21,710 nucleotides of DNA from Campylobacterales bacterium (GCA_038205935.1 JBBRBK010000034.1:1-21710), one strand, 5' to 3'. Positions 7,477 to 18,341 are shown, counted from the first letter of the stretch. Translations and numbers: made by a program. The notes: generated from the sequence alone by a model not told the origin.

Positions 7477-10400
7477 ATGATGGAATATAATGACTTATTA
7501 AGATCTTTTAAAGACAACTGTGGTTTTGGTCTTATTGCAAATATTAAAAATCGCGCATCACATGAAAATCTTGAAGGTGCCATCACGGCATTAGAGAGAA
7601 TGATGCACCGTGGTGCTGTTGCGGCTGATGGTAAAACAGGAGATGGTAGTGGTCTTTTACTATCAATTCCGACAGTATTTATGCGTAAACAGGCTAAAGC
7701 AAAAAATGTAGAACTTCCAGATCAGTTTGCTGTTGCAACTGTCTTTACTAAAGATAGAAAACAGATAGAAACAATTGAAAAGACTTGTGTAAAAAATGAT
7801 CTTAAAGTTGTTTTAGTACGTGATGTGCCTGTTGATACAAATGCTCTTGGCGAACAAGCAAAAGCATCTTTACCAAATATTATTCAGCTATTTATTATTG
7901 CTAACTCTATTATGGCAAGTGAGCGTTTTGATGCATTGCTTTATCTTTCTAGAAAAGAGTCTGAACATGCGCTTGTAGATGATAGAAACTTTTATATCTC
8001 ATCTATGTCTTCAAAAGTTATCTCATATAAAGGTCTTGTTATGCCAACGCATATCAAAGAGTTTTATAAAGATCTTCAAGACACAGATTTCAAGATCTCA
8101 TTTGCATTGTTTCACCAAAGATTTTCTACAAATACACTTCCAGAGTGGCGTTTGGCTCAACCATTTCGTGCTGTTGCGCACAATGGTGAAATCAACTCTG
8201 TTGAAGGCAATAGATTTAATGTTGAGATCAAATCTGAATCGATTAAAAGTGAAGTGTTCACAGATGAAGAACTTTCACGTATCCTTCCAATTTTGCAACT
8301 GGCATCATCAGACAGTGCAAGTGCAGATAACTTTTTAGAGTTTTTACTTGTCAATGGTATGGATTTCTTTAAAGCTGCTCGAGCGGTGATTCCAAGTGCA
8401 TGGCAAAATGAACCTCATATGGATCCTGAACTTCGTGCGTTTTATGAGTACCAGTCAACAGTATTTGAAGCTTGGGATGGTCCAGCTGCATTTTCACTCA
8501 CAGATGGCCGCTATATTGGCTGTGTACTTGATAGAAACGGTCTCCGTCCATCAAAATATATCATCACAAAAGATGACACACTGTTAATCGCAAGTGAGTA
8601 TGGTGTTATGGATATTGATGAAGATAATATCAAAGAACGCGGACGTTTAAAATCTGGACAAATGATAGGACTTGACCTTAAATATGGAAAAGTTTTAAAA
8701 GATAAACAGATTAATGATTATCTCAAAAGTTCAAATCCATATATGAAATGGCTCAATGAGCATATGATCTATCTTCAAGAACATGTGGAAGATCAATACA
8801 AAAGTCAATGTAATTTTGACTCAACTGAGCTTATACAAAGACAAAGATATTTCAATGTAACACAAGAAATAATCGAGCAAGTTGTTGAACCTATGATCCG
8901 TGATGGCAAAGAAGCTGTTGGTTCAATGGGCGATGATACGCCACTTGCTGCATTTAGCAATAAACAACGTTCGTTTACAGATTTTTTCAAACAAAAATTT
9001 GCTCAAGTAACAAATCCTCCGATTGATCCTATTCGTGAAAAAGTGGTTATGAGTTTAAATACAGGATTTGGAGAAGCTCATAATATTCTTGGAGAGCTAC
9101 CTTCTCATGCACATAGATTAAAAGCGATTTCTCCTGTGATCACTTTTGAAAAACTGGAAGTTTTAAAATCTTTTGGAGATAAAAAATCACCAAGTTATCA
9201 AGATTTTTATAAAAATGCTACTTTTTCAACAACATTTGATACAGATTTAAAATCAGCACTTGATAATCTTGTAAAAGAGGTTATCACAAGCGTTAGTAAT
9301 GATAAAGTTCGTATAGTCATTCTAGATGACGCAGAACTTAGTAAAACTAAACGTGTTATACCAATGGCTATGGCAATAGGGCGTCTCAATCATGCTCTTT
9401 TAGAAAATAAAATAAGACATTTAGTCTCTCTTGTTGCTGCTACATCGGAAGTTTTTGATTCACATAGCGCAGCTGTTTTAATAGGATATGGTGCAAGTGC
9501 TATCTATCCAAATTTATTATTTTCGACTGTAGCGAGCGAACTTACAAAGTCGAAATACAGTGATATCACATGTACTGAGGCTTTGAAATCAGTTCATGGT
9601 TCTATCAATGCAGGTATTCTTAAAATTATGTCAAAAATGGGTATTGCAACTGTTGCTTCTTATAGAAATACAGGACTTTTTGATATTATAGGTCTAGGAC
9701 GTGATATCACGAACGAATGTTTTAATGGTTCACATGTACAGATCCCAGGTCTTAGTTATGCAGATATAGATGCGAAGTTAAAAGAAAATCATAAAGCAGC
9801 CTATAATGAAGATGGTTTTAATACTATTTTCCCTTTGGCAATAGGTGGATATTATAAATTTTACAATGGACAGGAATATCATGATTTTGGTCCAGATGTT
9901 ATCCATGCAATTCATACATTTGTTAAAACGGGAGATAAAAAAGATTATGAAAAATTTAAATCTACGGTCAATAACCGTGGCCTGAAATTTATTCGTGATT
10001 TCTTTGAATTCAAATCTGATAGAGCAGCTATTGATATCTCAGAAGTTGAATCAAAAGAGAAGATCTTTAAGCGATTTGCTTCGGCTGCTATGAGCCTTGG
10101 TTCTATCAGCCCTGAAGCACACGAAACGCTTGCCATGGCGATGAACCAGATTGGTGCACAGTCAAATTCAGGTGAAGGTGGTGAAGATTCTGTACGTTTT
10201 GACACAAACCGTAACTCTAAGATCAAACAAGTCGCATCTGGTCGTTTTGGTGTAACCCCTGCATATCTTCGTTCAGCTGAAGAGATTCAGATTAAAGTCG
10301 CTCAAGGTGCAAAACCAGGTGAGGGCGGACAGCTTCCAGGGCATAAAGTAACTGAACTTATTGCTCGTTTACGCCATACAATTCCGGGTGTTACATTGAT

Positions 10401-11916
10401 TTCACCTCCGCCTCATCACGATATTTATTCGATAGAGGATTTGGCACAGCTTATTTTTGATCTTAAACAGGTTAATCCAAAAGCTAAAATTGCAGTAAAA
10501 CTTGTTTCAACCGCAGGTGTTGGAACGATTGCAGCGGGTGTGGCTAAAGCATATGCAGATAAGATCATTATCTCCGGTGCTGATGGTGGAACTGGTGCGG
10601 CTCCTTTAACATCGATCAAATATGCTGGAAGTCCATGGGAACTTGGTCTTAGTGAAGCACATAATGCTCTCAAAGTAAATGATCTAAGACGTCTTGTAGA
10701 GGTTCAAACAGATGGTGGACTCAAAACTGGTCAAGATGTTATAAAAGCAGCAATGCTCGGTGCTGAAAGTTATGCTTTTGGTACAGCTGTACTTACTATT
10801 GTAGGATGTAAGATGCTTCGTATCTGTCACCTCAATAAATGTTCAGTCGGTATCGCAACACAAAATCAAAAATTGCGTGAAGAGTTCTTTAAGGGACATG
10901 TGCATCAAGTTGTGAATTATTTCACTCTTTTAGCAGAAGATGTTCGCTCAATCATGGCAAGTCTAGGCTATAAAACGTTAGAAGAACTTGTTGGTAGAAG
11001 TGATCTTTTAAAAGTTGTAAATGATCCTTTTGCACAAAAATTTGATTTTTCATCTGTTTTACACAGAGTCGAAGGTATCAATACTTGTCAAGAACCTTTT
11101 AACAAACCTTTTGATGATAATGCTTTTGAAAAAGCGATTTTAAAAGATGTAATGCCAGCCATCAAACATCCCGATCATCCTGTTCGTATTACAAGAGAAA
11201 TCCAAAATATTCATAGAAGTTTCGGCGCTCTTATCAGTGGTGAAATAGCTCAATATTATGGAGACGCTGGACTTAAAAAAGATACTATAACGATGGAACT
11301 CTCCGGTATCGCAGGTCAAGCTTTTGGAGCATTTTTGATCAATGGTATTTCAGTATATCTTGATGGTGTTGCAAATGACTATATCGGTAAAGGCCTTCAT
11401 GGTGGTAAAATAGTTATTACTTCTAAAAATGAAGGAGAAGAGTTTAGTGCCGGTGGAAATACTTGTTTATATGGCGCAACAAGCGGTAAACTCTATATAT
11501 CTGGAAATGTCGGTGAGCGTTTTGCTGTTCGTAACTCAGGAGCACTTGCTATCGTAGAAGGTGCTGGCGATAATGCTTGTGAATATATGACAGGCGGTAT
11601 TATCGTTATCCTAGGTGAAACAGGGATTAACTTTGGCGCTGGTATGACAGGCGGAGTTGCATTTGTTTATGATAAAAAACATGATTTTATCGAAAATGTA
11701 AACAGTGAACTTGTAGAAGCTGTGAGAATTGATACAGATGATGGAGATGAAGCAAGACATTATCTTAAACGCCTTTTAAAAGAGTATTTGGTTGAAACAT
11801 CAAGTAAAAAAGCAAGAAAAATATTGGATAACTTCAGACAGGATATTAGAGATTTCTGGTTAGTTCGTCCAAAAAATCTTAAAAAATTACCGTTGAACGC
11901 TGATAAAGGAGATTAA
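7477..11916 (+). CDS. gltB: Glutamate synthase large subunit
   Basis: Ntn-amidotransferase start DNCGFG, MHRGA, HQRFSTNT, AHNGEIN, WDGPA; FMN domain MSLGSIS, KQVASGRFGV, QGAKPGEGGQLPG, ISPPPHHDIYSIEDL; [3Fe-4S] motif CKMLRICHLNKC; C-terminal GXGXG repeats. Confidence 0.99.
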   Translation: MMEYNDLLRSFKDNCGFGLIANIKNRASHENLEGAITALERMMHRGAVAADGKTGDGSGLLLSIPTVFMRKQAKAKNVELPDQFAVATVFTKDRKQIETIEKTCVKNDLKVVLVRDVPVDTNALGEQAKASLPNIIQLFIIANSIMASERFDALLYLSRKESEHALVDDRNFYISSMSSKVISYKGLVMPTHIKEFYKDLQDTDFKISFALFHQRFSTNTLPEWRLAQPFRAVAHNGEINSVEGNRFNVEIKSESIKSEVFTDEELSRILPILQLASSDSASADNFLEFLLVNGMDFFKAARAVIPSAWQNEPHMDPELRAFYEYQSTVFEAWDGPAAFSLTDGRYIGCVLDRNGLRPSKYIITKDDTLLIASEYGVMDIDEDNIKERGRLKSGQMIGLDLKYGKVLKDKQINDYLKSSNPYMKWLNEHMIYLQEHVEDQYKSQCNFDSTELIQRQRYFNVTQEIIEQVVEPMIRDGKEAVGSMGDDTPLAAFSNKQRSFTDFFKQKFAQVTNPPIDPIREKVVMSLNTGFGEAHNILGELPSHAHRLKAISPVITFEKLEVLKSFGDKKSPSYQDFYKNATFSTTFDTDLKSALDNLVKEVITSVSNDKVRIVILDDAELSKTKRVIPMAMAIGRLNHALLENKIRHLVSLVAATSEVFDSHSAAVLIGYGASAIYPNLLFSTVASELTKSKYSDITCTEALKSVHGSINAGILKIMSKMGIATVASYRNTGLFDIIGLGRDITNECFNGSHVQIPGLSYADIDAKLKENHKAAYNEDGFNTIFPLAIGGYYKFYNGQEYHDFGPDVIHAIHTFVKTGDKKDYEKFKSTVNNRGLKFIRDFFEFKSDRAAIDISEVESKEKIFKRFASAAMSLGSISPEAHETLAMAMNQIGAQSNSGEGGEDSVRFDTNRNSKIKQVASGRFGVTPAYLRSAEEIQIKVAQGAKPGEGGQLPGHKVTELIARLRHTIPGVTLISPPPHHDIYSIEDLAQLIFDLKQVNPKAKIAVKLVSTAGVGTIAAGVAKAYADKIIISGADGGTGAAPLTSIKYAGSPWELGLSEAHNALKVNDLRRLVEVQTDGGLKTGQDVIKAAMLGAESYAFGTAVLTIVGCKMLRICHLNKCSVGIATQNQKLREEFFKGHVHQVVNYFTLLAEDVRSIMASLGYKTLEELVGRSDLLKVVNDPFAQKFDFSSVLHRVEGINTCQEPFNKPFDDNAFEKAILKDVMPAIKHPDHPVRITREIQNIHRSFGALISGEIAQYYGDAGLKKDTITMELSGIAGQAFGAFLINGISVYLDGVANDYIGKGLHGGKIVITSKNEGEEFSAGGNTCLYGATSGKLYISGNVGERFAVRNSGALAIVEGAGDNACEYMTGGIIVILGETGINFGAGMTGGVAFVYDKKHDFIENVNSELVEAVRIDTDDGDEARHYLKRLLKEYLVETSSKKARKILDNFRQDIRDFWLVRPKNLKKLPLNADKGD

Positions 11917-11917
11917 T

Positions 11918-13303
11918 ATGCAAGAATATTTAAATATAGGACGTACAGATCCTGAAAAACGTTTGGTTGTGGAACGTGTAAGAGATTTTAAAGAGATTTA
12001 TGAAGTTTTCGATAAAGACCGTGCGGCTTCTCAAAGCGAACGCTGTATTCAGTGTGGCGATCCATATTGTCTCAATAAATGCCCATTGCATAACTACATT
12101 CCGCAGTGGCTTAAAAGCGTGGCTGAAAAAGATCTTGATTTTGCATTTCGTCTGGCAAATGAACCTTCTCCATTTCCTGAAGTAATGGGAAGAGTTTGTC
12201 CACATGACAGACTTTGTGAGGGAGACTGTACGTTAAATGACGGTCACGGTGCTATTACTATCGGTTCTGTTGAAACTTTTATCGTAGAAGAGGGATTTAA
12301 AAATGGTTTAAAACCAAAATTTCCTGGAATTATAACCGATAAAAAAGTAGCGATTATCGGTTCTGGGCCTGCTGGACTTTCGTGCGCAACTTATCTTCTT
12401 CGTTCAGGTATTGCTGTGACAATGTATGAAAGAAGTGATAGAGCAGGCGGGCTTATGACATACGGAATTCCAAACTTTAAGCTAGATAAAAAAATTATAG
12501 AACGTCGTGTAAAACTTCTTCAAGAAGCTGGTTTAGAACTTGTATTAAATACTGAAGTCGGACGTGATATCACTTTTGAAGAGATTGCAGATAAGCATGA
12601 TGCGATGTTTATTGGTATTGGTGCGACGGTCGCTAAAAAGGCTGGTATTTTAGGAGAAAAAGCTCCAAATGTCTATAAAGCGATGGACTATTTGACAAAC
12701 CTTCAGCGTAAAAACTTCAAGCTTTCATATGAGAAAAAGTTTGATTTTAAAGATCTTGATGTTGTAGTTGTCGGTGGTGGTGATACTGCTATGGACTGTC
12801 TGCGCAGCGCAAAACGTGAGGGCGCAAGAAGTGTTACATGTTTGTATCGTCGTGATGCGCATAACATGCCAGGAAGTCAAAAAGAGTATAAAAATGCGAT
12901 GGAAGAGGGTGTTGATTTTACTTTTTGCGTTTCTCCTAAAGATATTGTTTTAAACGAAGCAGGGCGTGCAATTGCCGTAGAAGTTGTTAGAACAACTTTG
13001 GGTGTAAAAGATGAGAGTGGACGTCAAAAGATGGAAGAGATCAAAGGAAGTGAGTACAGAGTGAGTGCTGATGTAATCATTATGTCTTTAGGTTTTGATC
13101 CTGCTACTCCATCATTTTTAGCTGAAAACGGAATCGAGACGAACTCTTGGGGTGGCGTGATTATCAATGAAGAAACTCATGAGACGACAACTGCAGGCGT
13201 TTATGCCGGCGGAGATTGTTTTCGTGGAGCTGATCTTGTAGTTACCGCTGCGTTTGATGGACGTGAAGCTGCTAGAAGTATCATTAAATCGCTTCTAGGT
13301 TAA
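11918..13303 (+). CDS. gltD: Glutamate synthase small subunit
   Basis: RCIQCGDPYC...CP, GRVCPHDRLCEGDC, FAD motif GSGPAG, YGIPNFKL, NADPH motif GGGDTAMD, AGGD. Directly follows gltB. Confidence 0.98.
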   Translation: MQEYLNIGRTDPEKRLVVERVRDFKEIYEVFDKDRAASQSERCIQCGDPYCLNKCPLHNYIPQWLKSVAEKDLDFAFRLANEPSPFPEVMGRVCPHDRLCEGDCTLNDGHGAITIGSVETFIVEEGFKNGLKPKFPGIITDKKVAIIGSGPAGLSCATYLLRSGIAVTMYERSDRAGGLMTYGIPNFKLDKKIIERRVKLLQEAGLELVLNTEVGRDITFEEIADKHDAMFIGIGATVAKKAGILGEKAPNVYKAMDYLTNLQRKNFKLSYEKKFDFKDLDVVVVGGGDTAMDCLRSAKREGARSVTCLYRRDAHNMPGSQKEYKNAMEEGVDFTFCVSPKDIVLNEAGRAIAVEVVRTTLGVKDESGRQKMEEIKGSEYRVSADVIIMSLGFDPATPSFLAENGIETNSWGGVIINEETHETTTAGVYAGGDCFRGADLVVTAAFDGREAARSIIKSLLG

Positions 13304-14041
13304 ATGACAGAGTTTCATTCCTTTATCAAGGATGCCCTTGTGGCATCTCTTGAAATACAACAAAAACTTTTAAAAAACTCCCCTTCTTTATATGAAAAAC
13401 ACACTCTTGGTGCTGGCGGTGATATAAGTTATGGCGCTGATTTGGTGGCTGAGGCAATTTATGTCTCACATCTGGGGAAATATGCCAAAATCGATTCTGA
13501 AGAATCTGGTGTGATTGGTGATGGCAAATACACTATTTATCTTGATCCACTTGATGGAAGCGAAAACTTTAAAACAAACTTTCCCTATTATGGAGCTTCT
13601 ATTGCACTGTGTTTACAAGAGAAAACACTTGTTGCGATCGTTGTAAATTTTATCTCATCAGAAGTATTTGTAAGAACAGAAACTGAGTTTTATAAAACCT
13701 ATCTTAATGACTTTACATGTAAACAAAGTGTGGTAAAAAATAGTTCACTCTCTTCTGTGGGAATCGTTGAAAAAGCATATGATAATCCGCAAAAATTAGC
13801 TGTTTTAAAAGAAAATAGATTGAAGTTTAGATCCCCTGGAGCAGTTGCTCTCTCTTTGGCTTATGCACATTATGTGAATTATATGCTCTTTTTTGGTACA
13901 ATTCGTGTTTATGACATGCAAGCCGGTCTTTATATATGCAAAGATTTACATATATATCAAGATGACGGGATGACCATAATTTCAAAAGACTCTGATCTAT
14001 TTGACAAATTATGTAAATTATACAACAAGGAACACTTTTGA
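13304..14041 (+). CDS. Inositol monophosphatase / FIG-superfamily phosphatase
   Basis: Metal-binding SEESG and LDPLDGSENF motifs, GAGGD, RSPGAVAL, YDMQAG. Confidence 0.88.
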   Translation: MTEFHSFIKDALVASLEIQQKLLKNSPSLYEKHTLGAGGDISYGADLVAEAIYVSHLGKYAKIDSEESGVIGDGKYTIYLDPLDGSENFKTNFPYYGASIALCLQEKTLVAIVVNFISSEVFVRTETEFYKTYLNDFTCKQSVVKNSSLSSVGIVEKAYDNPQKLAVLKENRLKFRSPGAVALSLAYAHYVNYMLFFGTIRVYDMQAGLYICKDLHIYQDDGMTIISKDSDLFDKLCKLYNKEHF

Positions 14042-14883
14042 GTCTTTTTAACCTCTTTACTTCAAATGCAAAAAAACAGCAGGCTACAAAAAGCGAAGCT
14101 CCTGCACACTGGATAAAGTGTACTTCATGCCAATCTCTTATGTATTATAAAGAGATTGAAAATCAAAACTATGTATGTCCTAAATGTGGATTTCACTTAC
14201 GAATTGGTGTAAAAGAGAGAATAGCACTCTTGAGCGATGAAAATAGTTTTGTAGAATTTGATGCAAATTTAGCACCTATTGATCCTTTAAACTTTGTAGA
14301 TAAAATAAGTTATGCAAAACGTGTAGAAGATGCATTTGCAAAAACTGGACGTAAATCCTCTGTTATAAGCGGTGAGTGTAAAATTAATGAGCAAAGCGCA
14401 CAATTAGTTGTATTTGATTTTTCATTTATGGGTGGTTCACTTGGATCTGTTGAGGGTGAAAAGATTGTTCGTGCAGTCAATCGTGCGATTGCAAAAAGAG
14501 AGGGACTCATTATTGTGAGTGCTAGTGGAGGAGCTAGAATGCAAGAAAGTACATTTGCTTTGATGCAGATGAGTAAGACGTCAGCAGCATTAGCAAAACT
14601 TTCAGAACATAAACTTCCATATATTTCACTGCTCACTGATCCAACGATGGGTGGAGTTAGCGCGTCATTTGCTATGCTTGGCGATATCATAATGGCTGAA
14701 CCTGGTGCACTTGTCGGTTTTGCAGGGCAAAGAGTTATCAAGCAGACAATAGGTTCAGATCTTCCTGAAGGCTTTCAAAGAGCGGAGTTTTTACTCGAAA
14801 AGGGCTCTATTGATATGGTTGTAAATAGAAATGACCTGAAGCAAACTTTGTCTGATCTCTTAAAGATGTTAGTAAATAAGTAA
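14038..14883 (+). CDS. accD: Acetyl-CoA carboxylase carboxyltransferase beta subunit
   Basis: Zn finger WIKCTSC...CPKC, FMGGSLGS, SGGARMQES, PTMGGVSASFA, GFAGQRVI, FQRAEFL. TTG start overlaps the upstream TGA. Confidence 0.98.
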   Translation: MSLFNLFTSNAKKQQATKSEAPAHWIKCTSCQSLMYYKEIENQNYVCPKCGFHLRIGVKERIALLSDENSFVEFDANLAPIDPLNFVDKISYAKRVEDAFAKTGRKSSVISGECKINEQSAQLVVFDFSFMGGSLGSVEGEKIVRAVNRAIAKREGLIIVSASGGARMQESTFALMQMSKTSAALAKLSEHKLPYISLLTDPTMGGVSASFAMLGDIIMAEPGALVGFAGQRVIKQTIGSDLPEGFQRAEFLLEKGSIDMVVNRNDLKQTLSDLLKMLVNK

Positions 14884-14884
14884 T

Positions 14885-15442
14885 ATGCGACTTTACGCAC
14901 TTTGCGATCAAGAGATGCTAGATAGTCATAATCTTTCTTTGGAAGATTTTGTTTTTCTAGCCAAAAAATATGATGCAGAGGTGATTCAATATCGCAATAA
15001 AACTGCAGATATCTCCTTTATAAAACAACAATTAATCACTCTAAGACAGCTTTTCGAAGGCTTTTTAATCGTAAATGATGCCTTTGAACTGAGCTCTTTT
15101 TGTGATGGTGTGCATATTGGTCAGGAAGATCTTTATAAGATTGATACTGATGCCAAAAAAGCAGTTAAGATTTTAAAAGAGGTTATAGGCAAAGACAAAA
15201 TATTAGGTCTATCTACTCACAATAAAGATGAGATTTTACAAGCAAATGAGCTTGATCTGAACTACATAGGTCTTGGTGCTTATAGAAAAACTTCAACAAA
15301 AGATGTAGACAATATCTTAGGCGAAAGTTTGGATGAGATAGCTTTTTTTTCAAAACATCCTGTTGGCGCAATTGGTGGCGTACGTTTGGATGACAGTTTT
15401 AAAAATGTGACTTATCATGTCATTGGCAGTGGACTTCTGTGA
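14885..15442 (+). CDS. thiE: Thiamine-phosphate synthase family protein
   Basis: [29 protein letters not shown]...TSTK and AIGG motifs; short at 185 aa. Confidence 0.85.
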   Translation: MRLYALCDQEMLDSHNLSLEDFVFLAKKYDAEVIQYRNKTADISFIKQQLITLRQLFEGFLIVNDAFELSSFCDGVHIGQEDLYKIDTDAKKAVKILKEVIGKDKILGLSTHNKDEILQANELDLNYIGLGAYRKTSTKDVDNILGESLDEIAFFSKHPVGAIGGVRLDDSFKNVTYHVIGSGLL

Positions 15443-15897
15443 ATATAGATATTATTTCTATTGCAAAAAAAGAGCGTTCAACTTATGACCCTTTATACAA
15501 AGAATTAGAAAAAATGATATCTCGCTTTGCAAAAGTACAAGATATTGAGCTATTTACTAAAGAAATTACAAAGGCTCACAATATTAGTACAGATGCCTCA
15601 AAAGCCTCTTATACAAAGGCTTTTGAGCCATATTCAAACAACGGATATAGAGTTTCGTTACATCCTGATGGAAAATTAATTGACAGTTTTGAATTTAGTA
15701 AGCTTTTAGATGGTAAAATGTCAATTCAATTTTACATAGGTGGAGCTTACGGTCTTGAAGAGGAGTTTTTAAACCGATCTGACAAAGTTATAAGTCTAGG
15801 TAAAATAACGATGAGCCACAAAATTGCAAAAGCTGTTCTGTTGGAACAAATATACAGAGGTTTTTCAATTTTATCAAACCATCCATATCATAAATAG
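15439..15897 (+). CDS. rlmH: 23S rRNA (pseudouridine-1915-N3)-methyltransferase
   Basis: [25 protein letters not shown] and C-terminal HPYHK. GTG start overlaps the thiE stop. Confidence 0.97.
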   Translation: MNIDIISIAKKERSTYDPLYKELEKMISRFAKVQDIELFTKEITKAHNISTDASKASYTKAFEPYSNNGYRVSLHPDGKLIDSFEFSKLLDGKMSIQFYIGGAYGLEEEFLNRSDKVISLGKITMSHKIAKAVLLEQIYRGFSILSNHPYHK

Positions 15898-15908
15898 CGG
15901 GGTAGTAC

Positions 15909-16277
15909 GTGAGACAAAGCGAACTGGATTTTTTCAAAAAAATGCTTGAGGTACGTAAAGTACAGATTATAAGAAACATCACTGGTGTTCAAGAAGAGAT
16001 GGGTCAACTCCGTCAAGAAAAATTGCATGATGATGCAGATTTTGCTGTAATGAGCAATAATAATTTGGTTGAAAATGCCATCAGTGAACAGCAAGGCAAA
16101 GAACTTCGTGAAATTGAAGTTTCTTTACATAAAATCACCCAAGCCGCGTATGGAAGATGTGAAATGTGTGAAGAACTTATTAGCATTCCTCGTCTTAAAG
16201 TGAAACCTCATGCAAAATATTGCATCGATTGCCGTGAGATCGCAGAGAAACAAAACTCAAAATTAGGGAATAGATAA
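15909..16277 (+). CDS. dksA: RNA polymerase-binding transcription factor DksA
   Basis: Coiled-coil tip DxxDxA (DDADFA) and Zn finger YGRCEMC...RL...P.AKYCIDC. Confidence 0.93.
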   Translation: MRQSELDFFKKMLEVRKVQIIRNITGVQEEMGQLRQEKLHDDADFAVMSNNNLVENAISEQQGKELREIEVSLHKITQAAYGRCEMCEELISIPRLKVKPHAKYCIDCREIAEKQNSKLGNR

Positions 16278-17290
16278 TGTATATTAAGCGCTACACAATA
16301 TCAGTCATCCTCTTTGTACTTTTACTTGGATGGTATGTATATGGTTTTGTAACACAACAGAGTATTGAAATTGGACTTTTTGGGTTGAGTTTACCATCAA
16401 TGCCAATTGCAGTGTTAGTTATCATTCCAGTTGTTTTACTCTATGTAGCAACTGTTTTTCATATGGCCTTTTATTCACTTCTTGGAAGTTTTAAAGTAAG
16501 AAAATATGAAAAAGATTTAGAAAAAATGATGATCTCTGTTGGTGATGCGCTTTTATGCAAAGAAAATCGTCATTTTGAGTTTAAAACACCTAAATATAAG
16601 CAACTTGGAAAAGTTATAGATCATGTTTCTATGATTTCAGATGCACAGATGCCATCAATCGAAGATGAAAAACTTGCAAATGTACTCAGAGTAGTGAGTA
16701 GAGTGAAAAGTGGTGAAGTTGCAGATCTCAGAAAATTCAGTTTACCTATTGACAACGAACTTATGATCCAAAATGATAAAAATAGATATGACGCGCATGA
16801 ACTTTCTCCTGAAGATGTTCTGGGTAAAACTGGCAGATACTCAAAAGAGCTTTGCATGCGAGCTTATGGTGATGCATCGAAGAAATCTGCATTTTCAGTG
16901 ATAGAAAAAAATAAAGAGTTTATGAGCCAAGAAGCTCTTAATAATATTTTATCTCGCATTAATGCAGATCAAAACCAACTAGATCTTTCAAACCAAACGC
17001 TTATCGAGCTTATAGGTATGTTAGAGCTAAATGAGAAAGATTACATTAGTATTTCACAAGCTCTTTCAAAAAGTATGATTCCAGAGCAAAGAATCAAGCT
17101 CTTTGAGCTCTTAAGTGAAAAAGATGATGATGCAACTGGTGCGTATCTTTATACGTTGTATGATTTAGAGATGCAATATCATGCAAATGAGATCTTGTCA
17201 AATACACAAGCGAATGAGTACCTTAATTTTAAAGCATATCGTGCTTTAAAAGAGTGCAATAGACATTATGATATTTCACTTTTTGTTTAG
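16277..17290 (+). CDS. Conserved hypothetical membrane protein (two N-terminal TM helices, large helical soluble domain; LapA-like N-terminus possible)
   Basis: Hydrophobic segments at about aa 8-25 and 40-70; start overlaps the dksA stop (TAATG). A similar gene follows rlmH/dksA in other Campylobacterota (from recall, not searched). Confidence 0.75.
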   Translation: MYIKRYTISVILFVLLLGWYVYGFVTQQSIEIGLFGLSLPSMPIAVLVIIPVVLLYVATVFHMAFYSLLGSFKVRKYEKDLEKMMISVGDALLCKENRHFEFKTPKYKQLGKVIDHVSMISDAQMPSIEDEKLANVLRVVSRVKSGEVADLRKFSLPIDNELMIQNDKNRYDAHELSPEDVLGKTGRYSKELCMRAYGDASKKSAFSVIEKNKEFMSQEALNNILSRINADQNQLDLSNQTLIELIGMLELNEKDYISISQALSKSMIPEQRIKLFELLSEKDDDATGAYLYTLYDLEMQYHANEILSNTQANEYLNFKAYRALKECNRHYDISLFV

Positions 17291-17372
17291 AGAATTTTTT
17301 TCTTTAAACACTCTCTTCTCTTCTAAAATGCAGTTTATTTCAACTTCAAATAACTTTTCTGGAAAATTTTAA

Positions 17373-18329
17373 ATGCAAAAAAAAATATCGTTTGATCAGC
17401 CAATTTATGTTTTGGCTCCCCTTGCTGGATACACAGATCTTCCATTTCGAAGTGTTGTTAAAAAGTTCGGTGCAGATTTGACAGTGAGTGAAATGATCAG
17501 TTCAAATGCTCTTACGCATGGTTCTGCTAAAACTCTACATATGCTTGAAAAAAGTGATAATGAAGATCCTTACTCAGTCCAAATAGCAGGTGCAGAGGCA
17601 AGTGTCATAAAAGAGGCAGTAGAAGTTTTAAACGAACAAAGCGGTATAGATGTTATTGATCTTAACTGTGGCTGTCCTGTACCTAAGATCGTCGGTCATG
17701 GAAGTGGAAGTTCGTTGCTACTCAACCTGCCTCTTATGGGTGAGATTATTCGAACTATCAAAGATACTTCTAACAAGTCTATGACAAGCGTGAAGATAAG
17801 ACTTGGATATGAGAAAAAAAATCATATCGATATAGCAAAGATGGTAGAAGATAGCGGTGCTGATTTTATCGCTGTTCATGGACGAACGCGGGCTGGAAGA
17901 TTCAAGGCTGAAGTGGACTATGATGCTATAAGAGAGATTAAAGAAGCTATAAAGATTCCAGTAATTGCAAACGGGGATATTGATTCTTATGAAAAAGCAC
18001 AGTGGGTACTTGAACATACAGGCGCAGATGGTGTGATGATAGGTCGTGGTGCTGTAGGTGCACCATGGATTTTTCATCAACTCAAAACGGGTTCAACAGA
18101 GATAGACAGGCTCTTAAAGCATGCAATCATCATGGAACATTTTGACAAGATGATAGATTTTTACGGTCCTCGCGGTGTTAGTATGTTTCGAAAACATACA
18201 CATACCTATTCTAAAGGGTATCAGGGAGCTTCAGTGCTTAGAGATAAAGTAAACCGCATCGATGATGTGGCACAATATAGAGATGTAATCGATACGTTCT
18301 TTTTGGAGAACGAAATTGTTGCAAGATAG
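17373..18329 (+). CDS. dusB: tRNA-dihydrouridine synthase (DusB-like)
   Basis: LAPLAGYTDLPFR, SEMI, IDLNCGCP, GSGSSLL, SVKIRLG, VHGRT, IANGDI, GVMIGRG. Confidence 0.93.
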   Translation: MQKKISFDQPIYVLAPLAGYTDLPFRSVVKKFGADLTVSEMISSNALTHGSAKTLHMLEKSDNEDPYSVQIAGAEASVIKEAVEVLNEQSGIDVIDLNCGCPVPKIVGHGSGSSLLLNLPLMGEIIRTIKDTSNKSMTSVKIRLGYEKKNHIDIAKMVEDSGADFIAVHGRTRAGRFKAEVDYDAIREIKEAIKIPVIANGDIDSYEKAQWVLEHTGADGVMIGRGAVGAPWIFHQLKTGSTEIDRLLKHAIIMEHFDKMIDFYGPRGVSMFRKHTHTYSKGYQGASVLRDKVNRIDDVAQYRDVIDTFFLENEIVAR

Positions 18330-18341
18330 ACAGGGAAAATA

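Noticed and set aside
17286..17307. AT-rich hairpin TTTAGAGAA-TTTT-TTCTTTAAA at the membrane-protein stop
   Set aside because: Low stability and no U tail; too weak to call a terminator.
7979..18080. Short nested ORFs within gltB, gltD, accD, rlmH/dksA, the membrane protein and dusB (including 14310-14741, 143 aa)
   Set aside because: They overlap conserved genes and have no recognisable domains; explained by codon bias on the coding strand.
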